A DNA stretch of 64,000 nt. It comes from Nitrosopumilus sp. GTDB lineage: Archaea > Thermoproteota > Nitrososphaeria > Nitrososphaerales > Nitrosopumilaceae. Shown piece after piece: positions 1 to 8,637 of the stretch (position 1 is the first letter of the stretch; every line of letters begins with the position of its first letter). The position numbers and the translations under genes were made by a program. Location: positions 1 through 64,000 of the forward strand of contig OZ242041.1 in the NCBI GenBank assembly GCA_965205215.1. The letters run 5' to 3'. The notes beneath the pieces were generated by a model. That model was not told the DNA's origin. It saw only the letters and a program-made list of their open reading frames with translations, and made no database searches.

Positions 1-485
1 GGCTGTCCCGCACGATAAGGGAGGTTGCCGACTCGTACCACGTGGTGCACGTGCCGCCCCGTTCGATTGACGCAAGCGTGCGCCAGCACGGCCTCAACAG
101 ACTGGAGGCCAAGTATATGGCAAGGGTGATCGCAACGCTCGGGCCCGACTCGGCCATTGTGGACTCCTGCGACACGGATACCGCAAGGTTCGGCAGGCGC
201 ATATCGCGCATGTCAGGCAACTGCCGCGTCAGGTCATACCACCACGCGGACAGCCGGTTTGTGATAGTGTCCGCCGCGTCCATCCTGGCAAAGGTCGCGC
301 GCGACGACGCGATCGGGCGCCTTGCCAGGAGCAACCCCGGGATTGGAAGCGGGTATCCAAGCGACCGCAGATCCGTCTCCTTTCTCAGGTCGTACCACAA
401 GAAGAACCACGAGGTGCCCTCCTATGCGCGCAAGAGCTGGAGTCCGGTAAGGCGCCTGCTCGGGACGCTCGGCGCGCAGCAGTGA
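1..485 (+). CDS. rnhB: Ribonuclease HII (5' truncated by window edge)
   Basis: Motifs HHAD..FVIVSAASILAKVARD and GSGYPSD; frame open back to position 3. Confidence 0.93.
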   Translation, partial: LSRTIREVADSYHVVHVPPRSIDASVRQHGLNRLEAKYMARVIATLGPDSAIVDSCDTDTARFGRRISRMSGNCRVRSYHHADSRFVIVSAASILAKVARDDAIGRLARSNPGIGSGYPSDRRSVSFLRSYHKKNHEVPSYARKSWSPVRRLLGTLGAQQ

Positions 486-532
486 CAGCAACGGCAGCGC
501 CAGCGCGCAGTCCGCCGGCGCCGCGGCGCGCG

Positions 533-1213
533 TCAGTCAGGATACCTTGCAACGACCATTGCATGGTCCTTGTCGTACGGCTCCAGGTTTATGGACTCGA
601 CTATCTCAAACTCACCGCTCAGCTTTTTAGTCTCCTGCCTTATTACCTCCCACGGCTCCTTTACCACGTCTATGCTGCGCGTCTTTATCACAAGAAACAG
701 GTACCCGTCCCTTTTTAGGAACATCCTGCAGTTTGCCATCGCTATGGCCGTCTGGTCCGGCTGCGCAATATCGACGTATGCCACGTCCACCTTGCCGAAC
801 ACCGCAAAATAGTCGCCTGGCATCCTCGCGTCCTGCATGACGGGTATGATGTTCGGCCTGTGCGACGCCACCCTGTCCATAAAGTCCCTGGCCACCCTGC
901 TTGCGTGCTCTATCCCAAACAGGACGCCCGACTTCCCGATCATGTCCGATATGTGGCTTGCAGTCGTGCCAGTCGAGACGCCCAGGTACAGTATCCGGGA
1001 CCCGTTCCCAAAAGGAAAGGTCTCTAGCCCGTTCATGACGGCGGCCGCCAGTTTGGACCTGAACGGATCCCATATGCGGTACTCGGTCTTCTTTCTTACG
1101 AGCAGCTTCTCGCCGTACACCCTGTTTCCGGGGACCTGGTTCTCCGTGGCGGGCCTGTCCCTGCCCTCGAACTTTGTCAGGATGAACGGGGGGAACGGTT
1201 CTGGGGCGGCCAT
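533..1213 (-). CDS. flpA: Fibrillarin-like rRNA/tRNA 2'-O-methyltransferase
   Basis: VYGEK..EYRIWDPFRSKLAAA, ILYLG..TGTTASHISD, DIAQPDQ, LEPYDKDHA; ATG 1213 chosen as start, ORF extends to 1264. Confidence 0.95.
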   Translation of the reverse strand: MAAPEPFPPFILTKFEGRDRPATENQVPGNRVYGEKLLVRKKTEYRIWDPFRSKLAAAVMNGLETFPFGNGSRILYLGVSTGTTASHISDMIGKSGVLFGIEHASRVARDFMDRVASHRPNIIPVMQDARMPGDYFAVFGKVDVAYVDIAQPDQTAIAMANCRMFLKRDGYLFLVIKTRSIDVVKEPWEVIRQETKKLSGEFEIVESINLEPYDKDHAMVVARYPD

Positions 1214-1321
1214 GCGCAGATTGTCACTTGGATGTCCGGCGTATGAACGTATGGCGGCCGCCACGTGCAGAGGCAGTCCGTCGCGCGGACCGGCGAAAGC
1301 GCACGATCGCGGGGGGCCGCA

Positions 1322-2947
1322 CTACCGGAACCTCTTTCCCTTCTTTCTGTCCGCAGGTTTCCTGCCGCGCTTGTTTGCGCGGAATCTTGATGCGGCCGGC
1401 TTTGACCTGCCCTGCTTTGCCGCCTTTGCGGATCCGCCCTTCCTGCTGCTGCTGTTGCTGCCACCCCTGCCATGATAGCGGCCGTGGCCGTAGCCGCGGC
1501 CTCCGTCGTTGCCATCATCGTTATCATCAGCATCAGCATAACCACCACCAGCATTATCGTCATCCCACCGGCGACTGCCATAATCGTCACGTCCATACCT
1601 GGAGCCCTTTCGCCCCCCTCCTCCTCCTCCTCCTCGGGCCGCGCGCCCTTCTGTCGCCTCGGCCCTCTTGCGTGACCATTCCTGGCGTCCTCCCCCTCCG
1701 CGACTGCCGCCGCCACTGTTCCTCTTGCCTGAGCGGCCACCGCTCCTGCGGCCGTAATCCTGTCTCGGGGCCGTTCCACCGCCGCCGCCACCCCTCTCCA
1801 CCGGCTCGCGGAACTTTTCGCCTATCTCGCCTATCCTTACGTTCAGCTTCTCCAGAAGCGTCTTGTTGAGCTCCCCGCCCTCGCTGTATACGTCGACCCG
1901 GGCCGCTATGACGGCCTTTGCTGCTATTGCCCGCGCAATCTTGCCGCGCTGCCACCGGGGCGCCGCGTGCACCAGGGGGTGCTGGAACAGCAGCCCGTGC
2001 TTTGGCGGCTCGGAGCCGGTCTTCAGCGAGCGGAACAGGGCCCGCTCGGCCCCCAGTACCTGTATCGTGCTGGCGGGCAGCGACGCCATCTTCTTTATGC
2101 TGCCGATTCTTGCAAGCATCCTTGCGCTCAGGGCGGTGCCCAGTATTGCGGCCAGGTTGGGCGCCACGGCCCCCATCTCTTTGTCTACCAGCGCCTCCAG
2201 CCTCCTGCGCAGATCGTAAAACGAGATCAGCTGCCCCGCCATGGTCTGCACCATCTCAAGGCTCTGGTCCGTAATCTCGCCGCCCCTGCTGTTTGACGCG
2301 GCGACAAGGAGCATCTCCGTCTTCTCGCTTGGAAAGCCAGCCGCCTCAAACGACTCGGCCGTCAAGCCGTCGCGACGGCCCGCCAGCACTATGCGGGCGT
2401 ACCCCTCTATGCTGTCCACCATGTTCTCAAGCTCCGGAAAGTGGAGTCCGTACCACTCCTTTGTCCTGGAGCTGAGCGCGTTGGCAACCTTGTCTATCTC
2501 GTCAAGCGAGTTGACGGCCTGTATGACGTGCAGGTCGGAGCTGCTGGATACCTCGGTCACCTTTGATGACGACAGCCCCATGGCAAAATCCCTCAGCTTT
2601 GAGATGGCATCCCTTGCATCCGACGCAAGCCCCGACGATATGATCATCTGCTGTTTTGAGGCCCGGGCATCCTCGGCCTCCTGCCCCTTGAGCGCCTGGA
2701 CGTCGACTGACGCCCTGTTTAGCACGCCAAGCAGGGCGTCGTCGCCGGTGGACACCGCCGTGTTCAGGGACTCCAGATATGGCCCGAGGCCGCGGCACGA
2801 CTGCGGCGCCCTGCCTTCCTTTATCTCCAGATAGTCAGATACGGGATCGTCAAAGGCAAAGGTCCTTGCAACCGCGCCGTCCTCCTCGCTTACGATTATA
2901 ACTCCAAGCTCGGTGAGCAGCGCCCTGTACCGGCCGACCATGCGCAT
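1322..2947 (-). CDS. nop5: C/D box sRNP subunit Nop5 (Nop56/58) with long RGG/D-rich C-terminal tail
   Basis: EWYGLHFPEL, APNLAAILG, PASTIQVLGAERALF, PPKHGLLFQHP, RGKIARAIA; directly upstream of fibrillarin. Confidence 0.95.
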   Translation of the reverse strand: MRMVGRYRALLTELGVIIVSEEDGAVARTFAFDDPVSDYLEIKEGRAPQSCRGLGPYLESLNTAVSTGDDALLGVLNRASVDVQALKGQEAEDARASKQQMIISSGLASDARDAISKLRDFAMGLSSSKVTEVSSSSDLHVIQAVNSLDEIDKVANALSSRTKEWYGLHFPELENMVDSIEGYARIVLAGRRDGLTAESFEAAGFPSEKTEMLLVAASNSRGGEITDQSLEMVQTMAGQLISFYDLRRRLEALVDKEMGAVAPNLAAILGTALSARMLARIGSIKKMASLPASTIQVLGAERALFRSLKTGSEPPKHGLLFQHPLVHAAPRWQRGKIARAIAAKAVIAARVDVYSEGGELNKTLLEKLNVRIGEIGEKFREPVERGGGGGGTAPRQDYGRRSGGRSGKRNSGGGSRGGGGRQEWSRKRAEATEGRAARGGGGGGGRKGSRYGRDDYGSRRWDDDNAGGGYADADDNDDGNDGGRGYGHGRYHGRGGSNSSSRKGGSAKAAKQGRSKPAASRFRANKRGRKPADRKKGKRFR

Positions 2948-3174
2948 GACGTATTTGCGGCCCTTAAAAAGATACTATGAGCCGCGTCAGGTCCGCCCGC
3001 GCGCAATGGCGATACGCCACATGCGATGGCTGCGCGCGCCTGTCGCAGATCACGTGCGGAGACGCGCCGATCCGGCCACGCAGGTCCAAGTGCGGGACGC
3101 GGCGCGGCCCGCCGGGGCCGGATCGCCAGGCAGGCCGTACTGCCCAATTAACCGTTATATTCAAAGCACATCGC

Positions 3175-4098
3175 ATGACAGTTGTGAGTGACAGCCCCTC
3201 CCTGCAGACTGAGATAGGCCCCATCAGGCTCGAGAGGCCCGCCATGCTTGCCTCCGGCATACTTGGCATCTCCATGGATGTCTTTGAGAGCCTGTACGAC
3301 GCGGGGGCCGGCGCCGTCGTGACAAAGTCGCTGAGTCGCGAGCCGTGGGAGGGGTACCCGAATCCGACCGTCGTGGGACTAGGAGGCGGAGGATGGATAA
3401 ACGCGGTGGGGCTCTCAAACCCGGGGGCGCGCAACTTTGCTCCCATGATAAGGGAGAACAGCCGCGTTCCCGTGTTGGTCAGCATGGTGGGTTCCGTCGC
3501 GTCGGAGTTCGTGGACATGGTATCCGAGTTCTCCGGCTGCATGGTAACCGCGTACGAGCTCAACATGTCGTGTCCGCATGTTGAAAAGGTGGGCCTCGAG
3601 GTGGGGGACGACCCCGAGCTGGTGGCCGGAATCGTGCGTGCCGTAAAGGGGGCCGCGGCCGACGTGCCGGTGGCAGTAAAGGTCGGGCTGGGGTCGTCAA
3701 ACTATCTTGACACAGTGTCCGCCGCGGCCGACGCCGGAGCCGACGCAGTCACCGCCATCAACACGATACGATCGATTGCCATTGACGCGGAGGCGCAGAC
3801 GCCCATCCTCAGCCACGGGTACGGCGGCCTGTCCGGGACGCCGATAAAGCCGGTCGCCCTGCGGTGCGTCTACGAGATTGCGTCCAGCTACGAGATTCCG
3901 ATAATGGGATGCGGCGGGATATCCACGTGGGAGGACGCCGCGGAGTTCATCCTGGCAGGAGCCTCCGCGGTGCAGATTGGCAGCGCGCTCGGCGGCCACG
4001 GCTACGGGCTCTTCGGGGAGATAAACCGCGGGATCGCGTCATATATGGAACGCAAGGACATCGCAAGCATAGGGGAGATGGTGGGACTTGCCAGATAG
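3175..4098 (+). CDS. pyrD: Dihydroorotate dehydrogenase B catalytic subunit
   Basis: MLASGILG, NAVGLSNPG, ELNMSCPH, GGLSG..IKPVA, GCGGI; start placed at ATG 3175 after TATA-like TTATATT. Confidence 0.93.
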   Translation: MTVVSDSPSLQTEIGPIRLERPAMLASGILGISMDVFESLYDAGAGAVVTKSLSREPWEGYPNPTVVGLGGGGWINAVGLSNPGARNFAPMIRENSRVPVLVSMVGSVASEFVDMVSEFSGCMVTAYELNMSCPHVEKVGLEVGDDPELVAGIVRAVKGAAADVPVAVKVGLGSSNYLDTVSAAADAGADAVTAINTIRSIAIDAEAQTPILSHGYGGLSGTPIKPVALRCVYEIASSYEIPIMGCGGISTWEDAAEFILAGASAVQIGSALGGHGYGLFGEINRGIASYMERKDIASIGEMVGLAR

Positions 4099-4939
4099 GA
4101 CGCGTGACCATCCATTTCTGGTGACGGTGGAGGATGTGACGGACGAGACCCCCACCGTGCGCACCCTGGCGTTCTCAGACGACGTGATGGCGTCTGCAAG
4201 GCCGGGACAGTTTGCAATGGTATGGGTGCCGGGCTCATACGAGCTTCCGATGAGCGTGATGGTTGCGCCGGAGGAGGGACGCGCCGCATTTACGGTGAGG
4301 CGCCACGGCCCTGCATCGACCTCGCTTTACAACGTGAGCCCGGGCGACAAGATTGGCGTCCGCGGCCCCTATGGAAACTCGTTTGATGTGCGCGACGGAA
4401 GGCTCCTGCTGGTCGGAGGGGGTACGGGGCTCGTGCCGCTCATGAGGCTCGCGTCCCATGCGAGTACAAGCGGCAACAGCAGCCGCACAATCACCTTGGT
4501 GATGGGGGCCCGCACCGAGTCGGAGGTCTTTTTTGAGGACGCGGCGTCCGGGATGCTCTCTGCATGCCCCGGCAGCCGCGTCGTGGTGTGCACAGACGAC
4601 GGCACGCGCGGCACCAAGGGGCTGGTCACGGACGTGGTGGACGACATGCTTGCCGGGGACGGGGACGGCAGCTTTGACGCGGTGTACACGTGCGGGCCGG
4701 AACCCATGATGTACAAGGTGATGCAGTCCGCCCACAGGGGCGGCATCTTTGCCCAGGCCAGCCTTGAGCGCGTGATGAAGTGCGGCGCAGGCATATGCGG
4801 CAGCTGCGTGGCGGGCCCCGACGTGGTATGCCGGGACGGCACCGTGTTTGACGCCGACCACCTGCTGCGCGCAAACCCCGAGTTCGGCCACACATACAGG
4901 GACAAGTCCGGAGTGACCGCCCGCTGGCCACATCCATGA
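4088..4939 (+). CDS. pyrK: Dihydroorotate dehydrogenase electron transfer subunit
   Basis: PGQFAMVW, RGPYGN, GGGTG, CGPEPMM, MKCGAGICGSC..VC.DG 2Fe-2S motif; overlaps pyrD. Confidence 0.92.
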   Translation: MPDRTRDHPFLVTVEDVTDETPTVRTLAFSDDVMASARPGQFAMVWVPGSYELPMSVMVAPEEGRAAFTVRRHGPASTSLYNVSPGDKIGVRGPYGNSFDVRDGRLLLVGGGTGLVPLMRLASHASTSGNSSRTITLVMGARTESEVFFEDAASGMLSACPGSRVVVCTDDGTRGTKGLVTDVVDDMLAGDGDGSFDAVYTCGPEPMMYKVMQSAHRGGIFAQASLERVMKCGAGICGSCVAGPDVVCRDGTVFDADHLLRANPEFGHTYRDKSGVTARWPHP

Positions 4940-5069
4940 CGCGTCTAGCTTTTTCCTCCTACTCTCCCCCGCCCCTGCGCAGGCACGCGCCGCGCCGCAC
5001 GCGCGGCAGACTCCGGCCTTTTTATAGCTAGCAAGGTTTAAAACAAATCAAAGGGGGCAGAAAGCTGAT

Positions 5070-6794
5070 TTGCCCAGCCCCAAGATCGTGCTTACAGCGG
5101 ATCGTACACTGATGTCCACCTACAGGGGACTCTCTCTCGCTTCGTTCTTTGGCTGCGCCCCCGCGATAGACCCCTACCGCGACAAGAAGAGCCTGCTGTA
5201 CCGCATACTGGGAAACCAGGTCACGCCGAAGATCCTGTTTGACTTTATCTGCAACTACATACCGCACACCAACGGCGTTGCAAACTACGCCCCGTACGGG
5301 CTGCGAAAGCTTGAGGCGGGGCTCCTCAGGGACGGCTTTGCAAGGGAGGACGTGGTGGTGGCCCATCCGGACCACATTGAAAAGTTCATCGGGCCGGAGA
5401 CGCTTGCAATAGGCACCTACGAGATGGATCCGCTCGGGATGGGGCCCGTCACAATGACGTTCACGTACGGGCGCAAGCAGATATCCTACGACGAGTACTA
5501 CAACGCGGAGCTGCACCGGCGCATAAAGGCCGCAAAGGAGAGGACCGGATCAAAGGCAAAGGTAATCTCCGGCGCGTCCGGCACGTGGCAGTACAATTAT
5601 GATCCCGAAAAGATAGAGGAGTTCGGAATATACGCCATACTGGAGGGCGAGCTGGGCGGCATCGCGCCCGAGATTGACGGGCACGCCGGGCGCTTCTTCA
5701 ATTATCTGATCAAGGGCGACTTTGAGAACATGGATCCGTTCCGCAAGAGAAGCGACTTTAAGGTGAACATAAAGGAGTTTGAGCGCCACGACAAAAAGTT
5801 CTACGGCAGGTTCGTCAACTTTTGGAGCAGGCCCGACCTTGAGGAGATACCGGAGATCGTAGAGCCGAGCATACACGGGATGGTCGAGGTCATGCGCGGC
5901 TGCGGCCGGGGGTGCAAGTTCTGCGACGTGACGCTCCGGTCGCTCAGGTACTACCCGCCTGAAAAGGTCAAAAAGGAGATCGAGGTCAACATGAAAAAGG
6001 GCAACGCAAAGTCGGCCTGGATTCACAGCGACGACATATTCGTTTACGGCATGGATCCCCGCACGTCAAAAGGCATGGAGCCCAACCGGGAGGCGCTCGA
6101 GGAGCTCTTTACCGCCGTAATGTCGACGGGCGTGCCGCACACCAACCCGACGCACGGCACCCTTGCCGGGGCAATCGCCGACGAGCGGCTCATCCCGAAC
6201 ATATCAAAGATAATACGCGCGGGCCCCGACAACATGATCGGTGTGCAGGCCGGCTTTGAGACCGGCAGCCTGCGGCTCATTGACAAGTATGCGGACCGCA
6301 AGCTTGCCCCGTACTCGCCAAGCGAGTGGCACTGGGTCGTCAAGGAGGGGGTCAAGACGCTCAACGAGTACTACTGGGTTCCCGCGTTCACGCTGATAAT
6401 GGGGCTTGACAACGACGAGACGCCGGAGGACTCGTGGGAGACCATCGAGCTGCTAAGCGACCTTGAGCGCGAACAGCCAAACTCCATGTTTACGACGACG
6501 GCGCTGACGTTCGTGCCGATAGGGCTGCTTGAAAAGTCGGACTTTTTCAACATCGGAAACGAGATGCTTCCCGCGCAGCTCGGCGTGCTGTACAAGACGT
6601 GGCAGCACAACTTCAAGTACGGTATACAGAAGTTCATGAACAAGACGGGCTCCGCGGGGCCGCAGAGGTACTTTTTCAACATGCTTGCAAGGTCGCTTGG
6701 CGGCGTGCCGCTGGGCGCCATGGAGCGGTACGCGCGCAAAAAGAGCCGCGACCACGAGCGCGTGATAGAACAGATAAAGGCAAAGTACTGGTAG
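5070..6794 (+). CDS. B12-binding radical SAM protein, GDGT ring synthase (Grs)-like family
   Basis: CxxxCxxC in EVMRGCGRGCKFCDVT; N-terminal KIVLTADRTLM..APYGLRKLEA..DPLG.GP and HSDD resemble archaeal Grs/Gms-type lipid-modifying enzymes as I recall them. Confidence 0.75.
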   Translation: MPSPKIVLTADRTLMSTYRGLSLASFFGCAPAIDPYRDKKSLLYRILGNQVTPKILFDFICNYIPHTNGVANYAPYGLRKLEAGLLRDGFAREDVVVAHPDHIEKFIGPETLAIGTYEMDPLGMGPVTMTFTYGRKQISYDEYYNAELHRRIKAAKERTGSKAKVISGASGTWQYNYDPEKIEEFGIYAILEGELGGIAPEIDGHAGRFFNYLIKGDFENMDPFRKRSDFKVNIKEFERHDKKFYGRFVNFWSRPDLEEIPEIVEPSIHGMVEVMRGCGRGCKFCDVTLRSLRYYPPEKVKKEIEVNMKKGNAKSAWIHSDDIFVYGMDPRTSKGMEPNREALEELFTAVMSTGVPHTNPTHGTLAGAIADERLIPNISKIIRAGPDNMIGVQAGFETGSLRLIDKYADRKLAPYSPSEWHWVVKEGVKTLNEYYWVPAFTLIMGLDNDETPEDSWETIELLSDLEREQPNSMFTTTALTFVPIGLLEKSDFFNIGNEMLPAQLGVLYKTWQHNFKYGIQKFMNKTGSAGPQRYFFNMLARSLGGVPLGAMERYARKKSRDHERVIEQIKAKYW

Positions 6795-6942
6795 CCGCGT
6801 GCGCGCGGGACGGGACGCCTGCGCATCTGCAGTCCCTTTCGGGCCGGCGGCGCCCCTGCGCGTACGCGTCAGACCCTAGAAGGCCTGCAAAGACGGCCAT
6901 GGTCAGAACGGGGATTAACGCGGCCGCGTTCACGGCGCGCAT
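6676..6942 (-). pseudogene. Orphan signal-peptide remnant of a secreted protein
   Basis: MRAVNAAALIPVLTMAVFAGLLGSDAYA-Q then no recognisable domain; runs antisense into the radical SAM 3' end; TTTTAAT about 13-19 bp upstream of ATG. Confidence 0.45.
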
Positions 6943-6969
6943 ATGAATCCGTAGATTAAAAGATTTGTG

Positions 6970-6988
6970 TGTATTTGGTACAAATACA
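6970..6988. promoter_or_regulatory. Palindromic operator-like site
   Basis: TGTATTTG-GTA-CAAATACA, perfect 8-bp arms in an AT-rich intergenic patch. Confidence 0.45.
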
Positions 6989-7014
6989 GAACACATAAAG
7001 TATTTCGGCACCAT

Positions 7015-7087
7015 GGCGCTGTCCAGATCCCAACCGCGCCAAGATGTGCGCAGACCCGAGTCAGAAAGTTCCGAGCTGGACAGCACC
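7015..7087. repeat. 73-bp inverted-repeat element (mini-MITE candidate)
   Basis: GGCGCTGTCCAG...CTGGACAGCACC (11/12); left arm shares GGCGCTGTCCA with the IS end at 26272. Confidence 0.4.
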
Positions 7088-7254
7088 GTGCCAGCGAAAA
7101 AGACTCCGAGTCCCTTGGCGAACTAGGATCGGGCTGGCACTACCGTCAGCCCCCTTCCTCTCCCTCCCTCCCCCCTTCCTCCTCTCAGAGGTCACGAACT
7201 TGCAACAACGCCCCGCCTGCAAATACATAAATTCGTAGAAGAGGCCGCCCCTTC

Positions 7255-7437
7255 ATGGCAACTCACGGTTCGCTCACAAAGGCAGGCAAGGTCCGCGGCC
7301 AGACCCCCAAAGTCGAGGGCCGCAAGATTGTAGGAACTAGCTCCAGCCTCCGCAACAAGAGCAACTTTAGGAAGCGGTTTGTCCTTGGAAGATTTCCGGG
7401 CCAGAACAAGCCGGGTCAGAGAAGGCGAAGGCGCTAG
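7255..7437 (+). CDS. rps30e: 30S ribosomal protein S30e
   Basis: THGSLTKAGKVRGQTPKV signature. Confidence 0.96.
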   Translation: MATHGSLTKAGKVRGQTPKVEGRKIVGTSSSLRNKSNFRKRFVLGRFPGQNKPGQRRRRR

Positions 7438-7547
7438 GCCCCTATGCGTGACGCGCCGAGGCGTGCCACGTCATACGGCACTGCTGGGCCGATTAGGATG
7501 CGCCGCCTATTACGAAACAATATCTAGGAGATTGCCACAGTGAAGAA

Positions 7548-8597
7548 ATGCAAGGGAGCGTCGGACAGACCGCCAGAATCACCCATCGCGTGGCAGCGTC
7601 TACCGCCGTTCTGGTGCTGCTTGCAGTAGCCGGCGGCATTGCCGCGGCTGCATCTATTGACGAGGGCGCGTATGCGCAACAGCAGCAAGACGGCGAACAC
7701 CTTGAGTTTTACACCAACAGCAAGGTGTACGCACCGGACCACAAGCTCCAGGTGTACGGCATAGGGCTTCCAGAGGAGACACTTATCGTGCGCCTCTTTG
7801 CACCGGACGGTTCCATTGCAAAGTTCGATCAGATTACCACCGAACCGGACGGCTCGTTTAACTATGATCTGCTGATCTGGCCGCAACCGTCCTCCAGCTT
7901 TTCGTACGGGACGTACGCGGTGGAGGCCATCAGCACGGCACAGAACGGCGCGTCGCGCATAATAGACGTGAGATTCTCCTCGACGTCTGATCTAGTCGAC
8001 GTGCCGGTGGAGCGCTATATCAGCACGCTGGTCTTTGCGCCGGAGACGGCCGCCATCAACCAGCCGTTCCGGGTGTTCGTGCAGACCACCAGCGACGGGC
8101 TGCTCATCGGAAACGACCCGTCGGATCTATTGGCGAGCACGCACGTGCACCTGCCGTCTGGCGCATACGTGCCGCTTTCCGAATCGTTTGAGACTCTGCA
8201 CCAAGGCCTGTACTTTGTAGAGTATGTCCCGACAGAAGAGGGCACGCACATATTCCACGTGGTGGCCTTCAACCGCGGGACCACGTCGCACGGCTCGGCC
8301 GCCACCAACGTACTGAGCCAGGATCTGGGCGGAATCTCAGAGCAGATAATCTCACTCAACAAGATCCTAGACGAGACCTCCGAGGAGCTCGACGTGCTAA
8401 AGTCCGAGATAGAGGGGTTCGACTCGACGCTTGACCAGGCAAGCAGCAAGATAGACGAGAGTACGGGGACCATATCCACATCGGTGGCTTTTATAAGCGA
8501 GGCATCCTCGCAGCTCAACTCGCTCCTGTTTCCGATTATAGCCTCGATCGGGATTATCGTGGCGCTCCAGATTGCAATACTTGCACGCCGCAGGTGA
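7548..8597 (+). CDS. Membrane-anchored secreted hypothetical protein
   Basis: Signal peptide ending AYA-Q, beta-rich domains, coiled coil, C-terminal TM helix followed by RRR. Confidence 0.8.
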   Translation: MQGSVGQTARITHRVAASTAVLVLLAVAGGIAAAASIDEGAYAQQQQDGEHLEFYTNSKVYAPDHKLQVYGIGLPEETLIVRLFAPDGSIAKFDQITTEPDGSFNYDLLIWPQPSSSFSYGTYAVEAISTAQNGASRIIDVRFSSTSDLVDVPVERYISTLVFAPETAAINQPFRVFVQTTSDGLLIGNDPSDLLASTHVHLPSGAYVPLSESFETLHQGLYFVEYVPTEEGTHIFHVVAFNRGTTSHGSAATNVLSQDLGGISEQIISLNKILDETSEELDVLKSEIEGFDSTLDQASSKIDESTGTISTSVAFISEASSQLNSLLFPIIASIGIIVALQIAILARRR

Positions 8598-8637
8598 TCG
8601 ACTCACGGTTATAATGCCCGTGTGAGTTATCATCTGT

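Noticed and set aside
7548-8597. Methyl-accepting chemotaxis protein (coiled-coil resemblance)
   Set aside because: No MCP hairpin-tip signature; the coiled coil precedes a C-terminal TM and so is extracellular
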